A DNA stretch of 63,765 nucleotides, the filler included, from Salisapilia sapeloensis CBS 127946 (lineage: Eukaryota; Protista; Oomycota), in NCBI GenBank assembly GCA_023334545.1. It is 5 parts of 5 records of this genome, joined end to end, with 100 filler letters (N's around TTAATTAATTAA, not from the genome) between each part and the next. Parts side by side here need not be neighbours in the genome. Positions count along the whole stretch, not along the records: positions 30,628 to 58,169 come from JAADVB010000234.1; positions 58,270 to 60,345 come from JAADVB010000964.1; positions 60,446 to 63,765 come from JAADVB010000766.1; 2 more parts are not named here. One strand, 5' to 3'. The position numbers and the translations under genes were made by a program. Shown here in pieces: positions 52,993 through 63,765 of the stretch (position 1 is its first letter; each line of letters begins with the position of its first letter). The notes beneath the pieces are model-generated. The model was given only the letters and a program-made list of their open reading frames with translations, was not told the origin of the DNA and did no database searches.

Positions 52993-54707
52993 TTATTCTT
53001 CCTCTTCCTCCCCCTCTTCGATCGTCTCTTCATAATCGACCTCATCGTCCTCAAACGTATGCTCTGGGACAGCGTACAATCGCACGATCGGCTTGTTCGG
53101 ATCTTTCATCAAGACATACTTACCCTCGTCTTGCTCTCGCAGCAACGTCGCAAGCATCTTGATAATTCCCCACATATTCGTCTGCGACAAGGCGATCTGG
53201 GTCGCAAAGCTAGGTGGCTGGTAGGACTGAACACCTAAGACAACGTGGTTGTACGGGTCCTTGTAATTAGCTCGAGACACGTATGCGAGCTTCATCTCGG
53301 TCGCACCGCTCACAAGCGCCTGGGCAGTCCATCGCGCCAGCTTGCACGAGTTATTCTTAAGCTCATTCGCCAAGATCGCACCACGCTGCGAATCGATCTT
53401 CTTACGCCACTCGATGCCACCCGCAACCTTCGGGTCGTACTCATTCAAAGCAAACGCGTTCATGTACTGCTCCTTGCCGTTCTTACGGACAACACCATGG
53501 AGCTCACATCGCGTCAAGAGCTTCATGTCGTTACCAAGATCGAACTGACGGTAGCGGTATCCGAACGTCGCAGGTTTCTCCTCTTCTGATGCGAAAGGAT
53601 GCGGATGGTCTAGGGATTTGGCGCCGTCGTTCTTGACGACTTGCTGCGTCAAGTTCTGATTAATCATGGTCGCTTCCAAGGCCAATCGGTCTGGGTGGTT
53701 GATCGACGTCTTGTCATCCTGATGCGGAGGCTCCGACGCGTTCTCGTTGACACTCACGAGGTCAAAGTTCGAGTTGTCACGCTTGTCAAAGAACAGCATG
53801 CCATTCACCTTCTGGACGACAATGTCCCACGGGTAGACAGATCGAGTACAGGCCATGAGGTGCGATAGAATCGCGTCTGTCGCGAACACGTTGCATTCGC
53901 CCTTGGATGCAGCCGCTTCGATCACCGGATCATCCGTCGTCGTGGCGTAGTAAAAGTCGCGATCATCAAAGCGCTGGAGCTTACGGTTGCTCTTGCTCGT
54001 GAGACGGTCATACCCGTTGTCGTACTCGTGGAGAGCATTGCACCACTGAGCGTCCTCGGCTTTGGGGACGTTGGCCTGGAGTTTCGTCAATTGAGACAGC
54101 TCGAACTGCTGCAGCATCGTCCAGTCGCCCTGGACCTTGACACTCGCGGCACGGTCGATCTTGACCTCGTCCGTCCGACGGTTGTTGAACATCCGACGGG
54201 CGTTGCTCAGTCGGTTCCAACGCTTGTTCAGCTTCTGCTGGCCCTTCATCTTGAACTGCTGCGACTGGTGACCAGACTGCTTGTCCTCTGGCTGGCCACG
54301 CGTAGCCATGCCACCACGACCACCACGGCCGCCACGACCACGCTGCTGGTTCCACGTCGGACGGAGGCGGTCCATGGTCCGAGGACGAGTGGATTTGGCT
54401 GAGTCGACGAGCTGGAAGCTCGCGTCTTCCGCTGAGTCGTGCTTGTACTGGAATTCGGCGTTTACACCAGACGGGTCTCTGCCATATCCTGTCGATACAT
54501 GCGATTAGAGCAGAATAGGAGAGATGGAGGAAAGAATCACGTACGGTTCGATCGGTTTTGATACGTCGACGTAAAGTCTGCGACTTTGCCGAGTTTATCA
54601 TTCTTGTTGAAAGGAGCATACGGGACGTTGAGGAACTGCTCTGGAAGAGTCGTAGGACCCCATCCACTTTCATTCACATCCACTTTGGGCGTCTCGTAGT
54701 TGGCCAT
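52993..54707 (-). CDS. EIF3D: Translation initiation factor 3 subunit D, 2 exons
   Basis: NESGWGP, YAPFNKNDKLGKVADF, intron 54489-54544, SFQLVD, TTDDPVI, VFATDAILSHLM, YPWDIVV, ELKNNSCKLARW. Confidence 0.96.
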
Positions 54708-55036
54708 ACTCGTCCAAGTGCTTAATGGCTTAGCAAGTCCTTTGACTGGTGTAGAACGCTTCGAACTATTTTGTCGCATACATGGATCATGTACTTTCTA
54801 CCTTTCTATCATCCCTACTTGTCTTGTATGGAAAGATGTAAGTACAAGAGGATGCCAATGAAAACATCTTCATCTATGTATGCACAGAATGGTTGGAAGA
54901 GATGTTGAACGAGTACTCGCCTGGGAAATGGTTCGTCCCATAGAAATGCACCCATTTAGTAGATTCACTGAGATAGAAACGGAGACACAACACGCGCGTA
55001 CGATTCACACTTCATTTGGAACGATAGCTCGAAGCG

Positions 55037-56127
55037 ATGCAAACGCTGGTGAAAGCGAACCGACGGACTCTCCGATCGGCAATATATCGGACATGCTCTC
55101 GGAGCTTCGGTGCTCGGCCACAAGAATTGAATGGCGTCGAGGCGGTGGAAAATGACAGGTCGACACAGTCTCATCCAGTTCAGACACAGTCGCAACCCAA
55201 GCAGCAGCATTTCCACGACTCTAATTTTCCCAAAGCAGTGCTGGAACAACATGCAGACGAATCGTTTCTCGTGAATAATTACACGGCTCCAGCGCTCGCG
55301 GCGGCGTATCAAGATCGGTAGGAAGTACTAATTATGCAGCTAAAAGTATGAATCTAATCGTTCGTAGCGAGTACACGCTACGACTGTGTGCTGATCTGCT
55401 AGAAGAAGGCAAGATTGAAGACCTACGCAGCGTACTCAAGCCTTATTATGGTAATTGACTCGCTGGCAGCTATTTCTACTTCTATTAACACGTCGAATTG
55501 ATAGACTTTACGCATGAAACACGCTCGAGGATGAAGACGCCATTATCAGACGCTCTCACCGACCAACATCTCGAGCGTATCCGCAAACGTCTCAATCGAT
55601 TACCGCGACAAATCACAAAAGCGTACAGTCGTCGAGCAGCTGTCGTGATCCCGCTATGCACTTTCAATGGCGAACCGTCCGTCCTGTTCACGGTGCGATC
55701 ACTCTCCGTCGGAAAGCACAAGGGTGAAGTGTGTTTTCCAGGCGGCATGGTCGATCCAACTGACACTTGCATTGAACACACGTGTCTTCGAGAGATGAAA
55801 GAAGAGGTCGGACTGTCGACAAAAGCTGTGGATGTCCTCGGCATCTTGCGATGCGACTGGAGTCGAGTGCTCAGTATCACCGGTATCGCCGTCACACCTG
55901 TCGTCGGGTACATTGGCGAACTCCAGGATCGCTCCGTCGTCATCAACGAAGACGAAGTCGACTCGCTCTTTACGGTGCCGCTCAAGGACCTTTTGGCAGT
56001 AGAAAACTGGACCAGGCGAGAGGATGCGACACCGGTATTTACAGGCGGCCCACACGCCATATGGGGTCTTACGGCGTACATCCTGGACATTTGTGTCAGC
56101 CAGGCGCTGCAACTGACATCGTCATAG
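55037..56127 (+). CDS. Nudix hydrolase, CoA-diphosphatase class (NUDT7/NUDT8-like), probably mitochondrial, 3 exons
   Basis: Arg/Ser-rich presequence MQTLVKANRRTLRSAIYRTCSRSF; introns 55318-55367 and 55451-55504; LFTVRS..HKGEVCFPGG, LREMKEEVGL and IWGLTA. Confidence 0.85.
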
Positions 56128-56500
56128 AGGCGAGTAGCGCGGTAGGAAGGACCTAGGTCGAAGGAAACGTTGTCTATTTTTTGATTTGACGTACTGGGTA
56201 ATTTTAGATTGGGTGTATCAGTACGTGCAGGAGGTGTGTAAATTTAGACAGCACGAGATGATGGCACTGCCAAGGCTATCCTCGCGTCTAGAGTCGTACG
56301 GACGAAATTTTCGGAATGACCTTTTGAACCCGGATATTGTGTGTAATTTCAAGGTTGTAAAGTTTGTAAAGTAACCTCCATTTCCCACAGTTCCGACTAA
56401 TACCCATCGTCTGGTCTTGCTCACCTTACTCGAGCTTCTCAGACCAGCGCATTGACATTCTCACCCAATTCATAATATTTCGCGTGCCACACAAGTCAAG

Positions 56501-57958
56501 ATGCAGCGTATCAAGTTAGAACAAGCTCGGACGTATAGAAATCAACGTCGACTCCAAGATGGTAAAGAAAGCTCGGAAATTACGCTGAGTAATCAGCAGG
56601 ACATGACGTACTTAGCGAGTATTAGCGTCAATAACAATGACTACAAAGTCATCATCGACACAGGCTCGTCGGACTTGTGGATCTCCTGTTCGTACTATAA
56701 AGGTGCAGATTGCGCCAACATTCCTTCGTCCTCCACGACGTGTCCAAGTGAATTCACGAGCATCCAGTACACTGGCGGTCTCGTCTGTGTTAAACCAAGT
56801 ACTGCCGACGTCAACCTCGGTCATTTAGACTTGAACGAATATGTCATTGGCATCGCTTCTGGGGGTAACGTGGAGAAGGATAGTAAGACCACGATCATCG
56901 GCGATGGTGTCGAAGGTCTCCTCGGACTCTCCTACGATCCTCTATCTGCCATCCCTCGTACCAAAGGGAAAATCGTCATCGATCGCGTCAACAGTTTCTC
57001 CATCTACATGAACTCGTACGAAGATAATGACGAGAAAGACTCTTTCCTTCTTTTTAATGGAGTCGATGAAGACTTGATCGAGCACGAGAACCTCACGCCA
57101 CATTCTCTCCCGATAGCTGAATCCTATCGTTGGTCCGTCGGGCTAACTGCATTCCAGGCCGATAACTCGGATGTGAAGAACATGCCATGTAACGGTGGTT
57201 CTATCGTCCAGGACCATGGATGCCTCGCCATCGTCGACACTGGCACCTCGGCCATCGTCATGCCTTCCGACATTTACAAAGAACTTCAGACAAACTACTT
57301 TAGCCAGTGCCAGTATCAAGGTAGTCCAAGTCAAGGCATTCCATACTGTCCTGCTTCAATCGATCTGCCTCGACTGGCATTCACGATGGGAGATAAGACT
57401 TTCTACCTCGAGCCAGAAGACTACTCTCTCAGCTACTCTGGCTTTAATGTCGTCCTCATCTCGCCTTCGACTTCTCCCTTGCCTTCGCAACAGCATTGGG
57501 TACTTGGTGCAGCGTTCATGCGTCGATTCTACTGGAACTTTGAGGTCGACAAGAGTGTCGTCATCTACTGTAACGAGGAGGATGGCGGGTCTTGTGGGAC
57601 GCCGACGAATGACACGACGACTGCTTCCGGTAGTGACTGGACACCTGGTATTGGCTCCGATAGTAACCCGTACGCGAATGGAAATGGCTACTCTCCCTTC
57701 GCTCCGATCATTCCGGATGGGTCTAATAGTCAAAGCGGATGGCCTTTCATCGATGGAACGAACGGCGTCAGCTCAAGTACCAAGATGTATATTATCATTG
57801 GAGCAGTCGCTGGCTTTGTGGCGTTGCTTGCGCTCTGTGGTATCTGTGGAGCCATTCGTAGACGTAGGAGAAGGAACCAGATGTCGCAGCAAGTGTACTA
57901 TGTCAACACTACGCCCCAGACAAGGAATCCTCCACCATACGCGAGGTACCAAGTGTAA
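56501..57958 (+). CDS. Pepsin-family (A1) aspartic protease with C-terminal TM anchor
   Basis: IIDTGSSDLW and IVDTGTS catalytic motifs; GLLGLSY; WVLGAAFMRRFY; TM IIIGAVAGFVALLALCGICGAI followed by RRRRR. No signal peptide in this ORF. Confidence 0.88.
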   Translation: MQRIKLEQARTYRNQRRLQDGKESSEITLSNQQDMTYLASISVNNNDYKVIIDTGSSDLWISCSYYKGADCANIPSSSTTCPSEFTSIQYTGGLVCVKPSTADVNLGHLDLNEYVIGIASGGNVEKDSKTTIIGDGVEGLLGLSYDPLSAIPRTKGKIVIDRVNSFSIYMNSYEDNDEKDSFLLFNGVDEDLIEHENLTPHSLPIAESYRWSVGLTAFQADNSDVKNMPCNGGSIVQDHGCLAIVDTGTSAIVMPSDIYKELQTNYFSQCQYQGSPSQGIPYCPASIDLPRLAFTMGDKTFYLEPEDYSLSYSGFNVVLISPSTSPLPSQQHWVLGAAFMRRFYWNFEVDKSVVIYCNEEDGGSCGTPTNDTTTASGSDWTPGIGSDSNPYANGNGYSPFAPIIPDGSNSQSGWPFIDGTNGVSSSTKMYIIIGAVAGFVALLALCGICGAIRRRRRRNQMSQQVYYVNTTPQTRNPPPYARYQV

Positions 57959-58169
57959 AAGACCTTTTGGACGAGATGACATTTATTACAAAAGAATAAG
58001 AAAAATTCTTATAGGAACGCATTATGCTATGTTTTCTTCTTTTGAGTCTTGTGCTTGGTGTACATGCACTCGTAGAGGACTTGTGGGCGAGAGCCGAGCA
58101 AGTGGCTAAACTTGGCCATTTGGGGCAATTCGGAGCTTTTCGTCGTTGAAGTGTCTTTAGGAAATGTAC

Positions 58170-58269
58170 NNNNNNNNNNNNNNNNNNNNNNNNNNNNNNN
58201 NNNNNNNNNNNNNTTAATTAATTAANNNNNNNNNNNNNNNNNNNNNNNNNNNNNNNNNNNNNNNNNNNN
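58170..58269. other. Artificial scaffold spacer
   Basis: N run with TTAATTAATTAA at 58214-58225. Confidence 0.98.
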
Positions 58270-58270
58270 G

Positions 58271-60345
58271 GCTCTGCAGCCTCCAAATGCGGAGAGAATA
58301 GCCCAGGAGCTTCTTAATTATGAAAGTCCTGTTAATCAGGCTGATACTGATGGTTTTACACCATTACATTTTGCGAGAACGGTATCAATTACCAATCTTC
58401 TGGTTCAGAAGGGGGCAGATGTGGAAGCTCAATCTGTCGATGGATTTACTCCTTTACTTTATGCAGCTCAGAAAGGATGGCAAGATGCTGTAGAAAGCCT
58501 GGTGCAGTTGAAGGCAAATATATACGCACAAGATGTAAATGGGGACAATGTACTGCATTGTGCTGTGAGAGGAAATCAGTTCACTCTAGTCAAGTTTCTT
58601 CTCGACCGCGGGATGTCTACAACGAGCAACAACAAACAGGGTTTTACTCCGTTGGACGTTGCTACAGATGAAGACATGAAGAAGCTTTTAGTTGCACCGA
58701 ATGAAATTAGTCGCGAAGCAGTTTTGAAATCTTGGATGCGCTGTACCAATCGTCTAAGGCAGCAAGGTGCACTCGAATACAAAAGTAACGCATTTGCAGC
58801 ACGAGATACAACGATACCGAAACGGCTAGAGGAGACACCACCATTTCTTGTGGAACACTTGAAAACCTTATCGTACATCAGAAACGACAGTCAGCGGCTA
58901 GCTTGCGCATTAGTTTTTGGTGATATTATTGCTGCTCGCTATCTAATGGAAAGAGGCGCAGAACTAGACCAAAACGACAGTTTGACAGATTCATTGATAC
59001 TCGTCGCCAATAAAAAAGGTAACCAGAGTATCGTGCAGTTTGCCCAAAGAGGTCGGAACTACCTCTTGGTTGATGCCGTCCAACGTCAAGACAAGAGAGC
59101 AGCTGAGCGACTTTTAATAAAGGGATGGAATCTAAACTACCCATCTACATCAAATGATCCTTTGGAAGGATCCGCCTTGCATGTAGCAGCAAGAAATGAA
59201 GACATTGACATCATCCGGCTTTTGCTGCAGGATCAACCAAATCAAAATTCAATTGCTTCTGACGCTCTGCAAGAAGCAATTGATGCACATGAAGACGTCA
59301 AAGTAACGGAAGCACTTATAATTGCTGGAGAAGATGGGCGATGGGGAGCTGAATTCATCGGAAAGGCTTTTCTGTACGTCGTCGAAGTTGGTTCAAATAC
59401 GATTGCAGAGAAATTTCTTCAACAGTACAAGCAAGACCTCATCAATCAGACAAGAAACAGCTTTCCTCGAGCGTTTATGTCAGTCTGTGAACGTGGGGAT
59501 TACACGGTGGCGACGAATCTATTGGAAAGTGAATTCAACATGTACGCACAAGGCAATATGAATATTACTTCCACACCTTTGATCGCTTCTGTGAAGAACG
59601 ATCATCGCGACGTGATGAACCTGCTTTTCCGTTTTCGTGGAGATGTAGAAGAAAGAGATGCAAAGTGGAGATCACCTTTGTTTTACGCCTGCGAAAATGG
59701 AAATGAAGAGATGGTGACCGAGCTAATTGATCGAGGTGCATGCACTAACCTCGAGGATGACGCTGGAAAAACGCCTTTAACATTGGCGCAGAGGAATGGA
59801 CACCGTGCTATTGTGCAGCTTCTTCGCGGTGAAAAAGCTTTTGCCAACGACTTTGACACCATAAGGAGGCCAAACTGGCTCTTAGATGGAGGTCGCGTAG
59901 AGTTCGAAAAAGTTCCTTTCTCTTATGGTGGCTTTGGCTCAGCTCACACAGGCAAGTGGAGTGGAAAAAATGTTGTTGTGAAATGCTTACTCTCCCAGAA
60001 AGATGACCAGAGGCAGTTCACTTCCTTTCACCAGGAAGTCCGTGTGTGGAGTAAGCTCCGCCACGAAAATGTCATTCGCTTATACGGATTCTGTGATCGA
60101 ACCCACGATCCGTTTTTTGTGTGCGAGTATGCCGAGCATGGGGATCTTTCGAGGTTCCTTTCTAAAGTACAAGCCCTGAATATGCGACTGATCTGGAAGC
60201 TATTAAAGGAAGCTGCGCAAGGCCTTCAGTTCTTGCACAGCAAGGAGATTGTTCATGGAGACCTCAAGTGTAACAACATTCTCGTATGTGGAAACGACTA
60301 CGTTGCTAAACTTACGGACTTTGGGCTCAGTATGACAAAGGACGA
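58271..60345 (+). CDS. Ankyrin-repeat TKL protein kinase, truncated at both ends by gaps
   Basis: Frame is open across the whole contig; ankyrin motifs DGFTPLH, GFTPLL, GDNVLH, GFTPLD, GSALH, TPLI, SPLF and GKTPL; kinase motifs GGFG, VVVK, HGDLKCNNILV and DFGLS. Confidence 0.88.
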
Positions 60346-60445
60346 NNNNNNNNNNNNNNNNNNNNNNNNNNNNNNNNNNNNNNNNNNNNTTAATTAATTA
60401 ANNNNNNNNNNNNNNNNNNNNNNNNNNNNNNNNNNNNNNNNNNNN
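60346..60445. other. Artificial scaffold spacer
   Basis: N run with TTAATTAATTAA at 60390-60401. Confidence 0.98.
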
Positions 60446-60586
60446 CGACGTAAAAGCTTGACATGCAGTCATCTTGGTGAGCTGCAAGAATGTTGGTAAA
60501 GATTATGCAATCGACAAAGTACCTACCCTAGTGACAACATGTGAGCACCTCAGCAAACGTTCGTCAGAATTTGGAAGCTTCCGCCA
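60446..60586 (+). repeat. Left arm of a perfect 141-bp terminal inverted repeat
   Basis: cgacgtaaaagcttgacatg...ggaagcttccgcca equals the reverse complement of 63625-63765 base for base. Confidence 0.97.
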
Positions 60587-61308
60587 CTTTGCATTCATTA
60601 GATACTAGTCTGAGTCTATCGCCTGACCGAGAAAATTTTTGGCCGAACAAAATTGATGTATCTTTTGATATTGAAGGGTGTTAATGAGGATAACCCCTCT
60701 ACGTGGGAAGCACACCTTACCGGCTGCGGATGTTCCTGCGTGTATTAGAGCTATGACTATGATCCTCATCCGCTATGTCGTTTTTTACGGTCTTGCTGGT
60801 AGGAGTACATTCACAAGGCGCATGTCGATTGAGAAAGGCAGTTTGGGCAGTTTGATATCGCTGCGAGCTACGTTGTCAGGGGATCGATCCCAATCTTATC
60901 GATCCTATTCCCTTGCAAGCTACAAAAACATTGGCAATTGAAGGACTGGAAGACGTAAGGCATCCATTGCAGTGTCTCTTCGTGTGCTTTTCATTTAGTT
61001 CCATCGTCTTAGCCATTTGCGCTCCAATTGTGAAGCATTAGGGCGACACCCATTACTCTGGTGGCATTGATGCATATGCTGAATGAGTGTGTTATCGGTT
61101 CGTCCCAGCTCTCCGAGTGTTCAACTATGTCGCTCAATTTTTGTCCGAGGGACATTACAATAGCTATCACAAGGCAAACGACACGCGACAGAGGTTGGTA
61201 TTTATAGCACGCAAGTAGTAATTCCCGCCGTATCGTCTCCACTTAAAGGATTGGCACTGCGTCTTCTTGCCAGTTCCAAATTAACACACAGGCAATAGCT
61301 TCGAACTC

Positions 61309-62600
61309 ATGGCTACGCATTGTACAGCAGACGCGTATGAAGGCTTTTCATTGTTGGAGGCAAAGAAGGTTGATTGCAAGCGCATCGCGATGATACTCGT
61401 TCATGAAGCGCTCAGGCATTACCAGAAGTTTGACCGGTCGCTACCTCGAGAACTAGATAGCAAACGTTGGAAATCAATTAAATCATCGAACAATGTGACC
61501 GTGTATTCTGAGCGAAATCCGCTTCCGCGTGTGGTGAAAGACTCTTACGCCGACAGTGCAGGCTGGCAAATGCCTCGTGTCATCGTGGGTAACAGGAAAA
61601 CATCAAGCAATATGGATGACCTCTTATTTGGCTCGCATACGGCGATGAGGCAGTAATTTTGCAAGGTATGAGGTACTCTGGATCACCAGTCATGAACTGT
61701 AAATTTTTTTCGACAATTGAGACGCCGACTCTGGGGCATCCATATCGCTCTACTTGTCTCCAATGACATTCTGGTAGTCCAAGTCCAGCACTCCGAGGGT
61801 TTGTCAAGGACCGAGATGGCGTTTACATCGGAGTGACTTGAATTCTTCAAGTCAATGCAGGGGAGTGCATAGGGTACAATCTCGTGCATTCAATCGATTT
61901 ACCGTCCACCCCACCTCTTGATGCAAGAGGTTTCATATGATCTCGTGGTTCTCCTTGTGTCCTTTTCAAGCCAGTTGGGAATCAATTGGTCGAAGTGTCC
62001 TCCAGATCATACTATGAAGTTTTTGGAAACAATCTCTGGACTCCATCGCTGTCGTAACGATTGCCAGTTTACTTATGGGTGATTGGGCTTCCACTCGCTG
62101 TGCAAAAATGAAGAAGCCTTCGTGGCTCCTTCAAAGGAAAACATGAATAAGGACGATGTCATGCGCTTTATTGGCAGCAATGAAACTCGAATCCAGTCGG
62201 AATGTCGTTCCTGCGGAAAGCTGTTAAGCATCTCACGCAAAGCTTATCCCTGCACCTTGTGTGATTCGTCATTGTGTGGGAAATGTACTTTCCCCCTGGA
62301 GCTGTTCGAGATCATTCCCGAATGAAAGCTGATGGCGAAGAAGGTTCGACTCTGTCCCACTTGCAATGAGTTCACCAACCGAGTCAGCTCCTATAAGGTA
62401 GCCCGACAAGAAATCCAAGCTGGACGGTGTGAAAAAGAAGGCAATGGGTCTACCATCGTTGAACCGTCCTGGATCTCCAAGCTGACAGAAAGGTCTAGGG
62501 ATTTGTTGGGCAAATAATCCTGCGCTGGCGAAGTATACGAATTTGGCTCCAACCAGCTTAGCGCTTCGACTCAAGCTTCACTGAGTGCGTTCGCCTAGTT
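61309..62600 (+). pseudogene. START-like + FYVE pseudogene
   Basis: WKSIKSSNNVTVYSER..DDLLFG / STIETPTLGHPYR..GYNLVHSIDLP..VEV / CAKMKKPSWLL / CRSC..CTLCDSSLCGKC..VRLCPTC..VARQEI. At least 3 frameshifts (~61645, ~62035, ~62140) and in-frame stops at 61764, 61839, 61938, 62323 and 62515. Confidence 0.85.
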
Positions 62601-63624
62601 GACGTCGTCTAGTGACGATGCGCAGGTCTTGAAGTCCAAGAAAAGTCCTCGGATAAAGGCTCAGCTGAACAAGGCGATGGAAACGAAGAAGAGGAGTTGG
62701 AGATTCTGGTTTAAAACATATGGAGAGGTAGCATTTCGGAACTTGACCTGAATGTTAAAGAGCGTGGGCGACAGCTTGCGTGGCTGAAGATGACTGAGCA
62801 GCGTCACTGACAGGATGACTAGCTCACTGGCGAATGGATGAAAGATGAGAAGAGCGATAATGAAGTTGCTGTAACGAGAAACTTAACAATGCCACATTCA
62901 TTTGCAGTGCGCTTAGCTCATCCGAATGTTAATGCATAGCAATCCCATCCGTGGTGCTTTCTGAACATGCCTTCTCTCACTGTTTTCGGTTGCGTCCTCG
63001 TCTTACTTCATACGGTTTTCGTCAAAAGTTTTTTACCGTCAACTGGCCGGTAGCACTATAGCTAAACTAGACTGCGCCGATGATATCCTATTCGCTAGTT
63101 TCCATCAGTTGAAAATTTTAAATAACCTTTAATCCGCTGTTTCCCAGCAAGCACAGCACAGCATCTTCAGTTTAATTTAAAAAGGGGTGATGGCAATCAA
63201 CCTATCATAATAGGCTTACTGTTATTCTCACAAGCGATCATTTGACCGGCGAATTACGCTCGAAATTGACCTGGGTCATATACCGAGCGCAGAGAGAAAG
63301 CAAGAGCCTAGAGTAGAACGCACAGCCATAGTTGATACGTGTTTATCAGACGGGTAAATTCCTACCTCGAAGATAAATGCAGGTGAGCTACCTTGTGATA
63401 ACGGCTAGTAATGAGTTTGAACCAAGTACTAGGCTCGAAGTTATTTTCTTATAGATGCAAAAGGGCTACGCTACCAATCGTCAAAATTCCTATACTCCTC
63501 CAAACTGCCGACTTCGATTCTATTCACACTTTGGTCTCATATTTCTGATGAACTGTAGCGCTGTCACTTGAAAGCTTCACTATATGGATTCGATATTCTT
63601 TATGCTAGATGGCCAATTGCATCC

Positions 63625-63765
63625 TGGCGGAAGCTTCCAAATTCTGACGAACGTTTGCTGAGGTGCTCACATGTTGTCACTAGGGTAGGTACTTTGTCGA
63701 TTGCATAATCTTTACCAACATTCTTGCAGCTCACCAAGATGACTGCATGTCAAGCTTTTACGTCG
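63625..63765 (-). repeat. Right arm of the perfect 141-bp terminal inverted repeat
   Basis: Exact reverse complement of 60446-60586, ending on the last base of the window. Confidence 0.97.

Noticed and set aside
56453-56455. TGA read as selenocysteine or recoded stop (also the TGAs in the pseudogene)
   Set aside because: No SECIS-like hairpin was seen, the position is non-catalytic, and TGA is a normal stop elsewhere in the window (e.g. ESF2, Myb).
60446-60586. Inverted-repeat arm as a coding transposase fragment
   Set aside because: All three inward frames contain stops, and no DDE or zinc-finger motif is recognisable.
1-63765. tRNA, rRNA, snRNA, C/D snoRNA or telomeric repeats
   Set aside because: No T-loop GTTCRA cloverleaf, rRNA signature, paired C/D boxes or TTTAGGG tract was seen by eye; a tRNAscan/Infernal run is needed to exclude them.

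Overview
Eukaryotic nuclear DNA, most likely from a zoospore-forming oomycete (stramenopile). Support: compact gene spacing, 50-76 bp GT-AG introns, an axonemal dynein, and oomycete-type families (START-like+FYVE, THAQKY Myb, HGDLKCNN kinase, M96-like basic-zipper proteins). The window is five contigs joined by artificial 100-nt spacers (44 N + TTAATTAATTAA + 44 N), so adjacency across gaps is not evidence of linkage. About 24 protein-coding genes or fragments are present, most with introns resolved by hand. No tRNA, rRNA or CRISPR array was seen. Most notable: (1) a prolyl 4-hydroxylase fused to a C-terminal pVHL-like beta domain and an N-terminal doublecortin-like domain, a possible hydroxyproline writer-reader; (2) six basic-zipper + putative START-like genes within 12.3 kb, candidate ligand-sensing transcription factors with patchy intron retention; (3) the last 3.3-kb contig is bounded by a perfect 141-bp inverted repeat and carries a decayed START-FYVE gene; (4) a membrane kinase with a tyrosine-kinase-type catalytic loop and a bacterial-looking beta domain; (5) a triple-PDZ protein ending in a WASP-like acidic-Trp tail; (6) tandem ERGIC-53/Emp47-like lectins ending in KxHxx; (7) a candidate micro-exon gene missed by the ORF track. 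All family assignments come from motif recognition and recall, not database searches.
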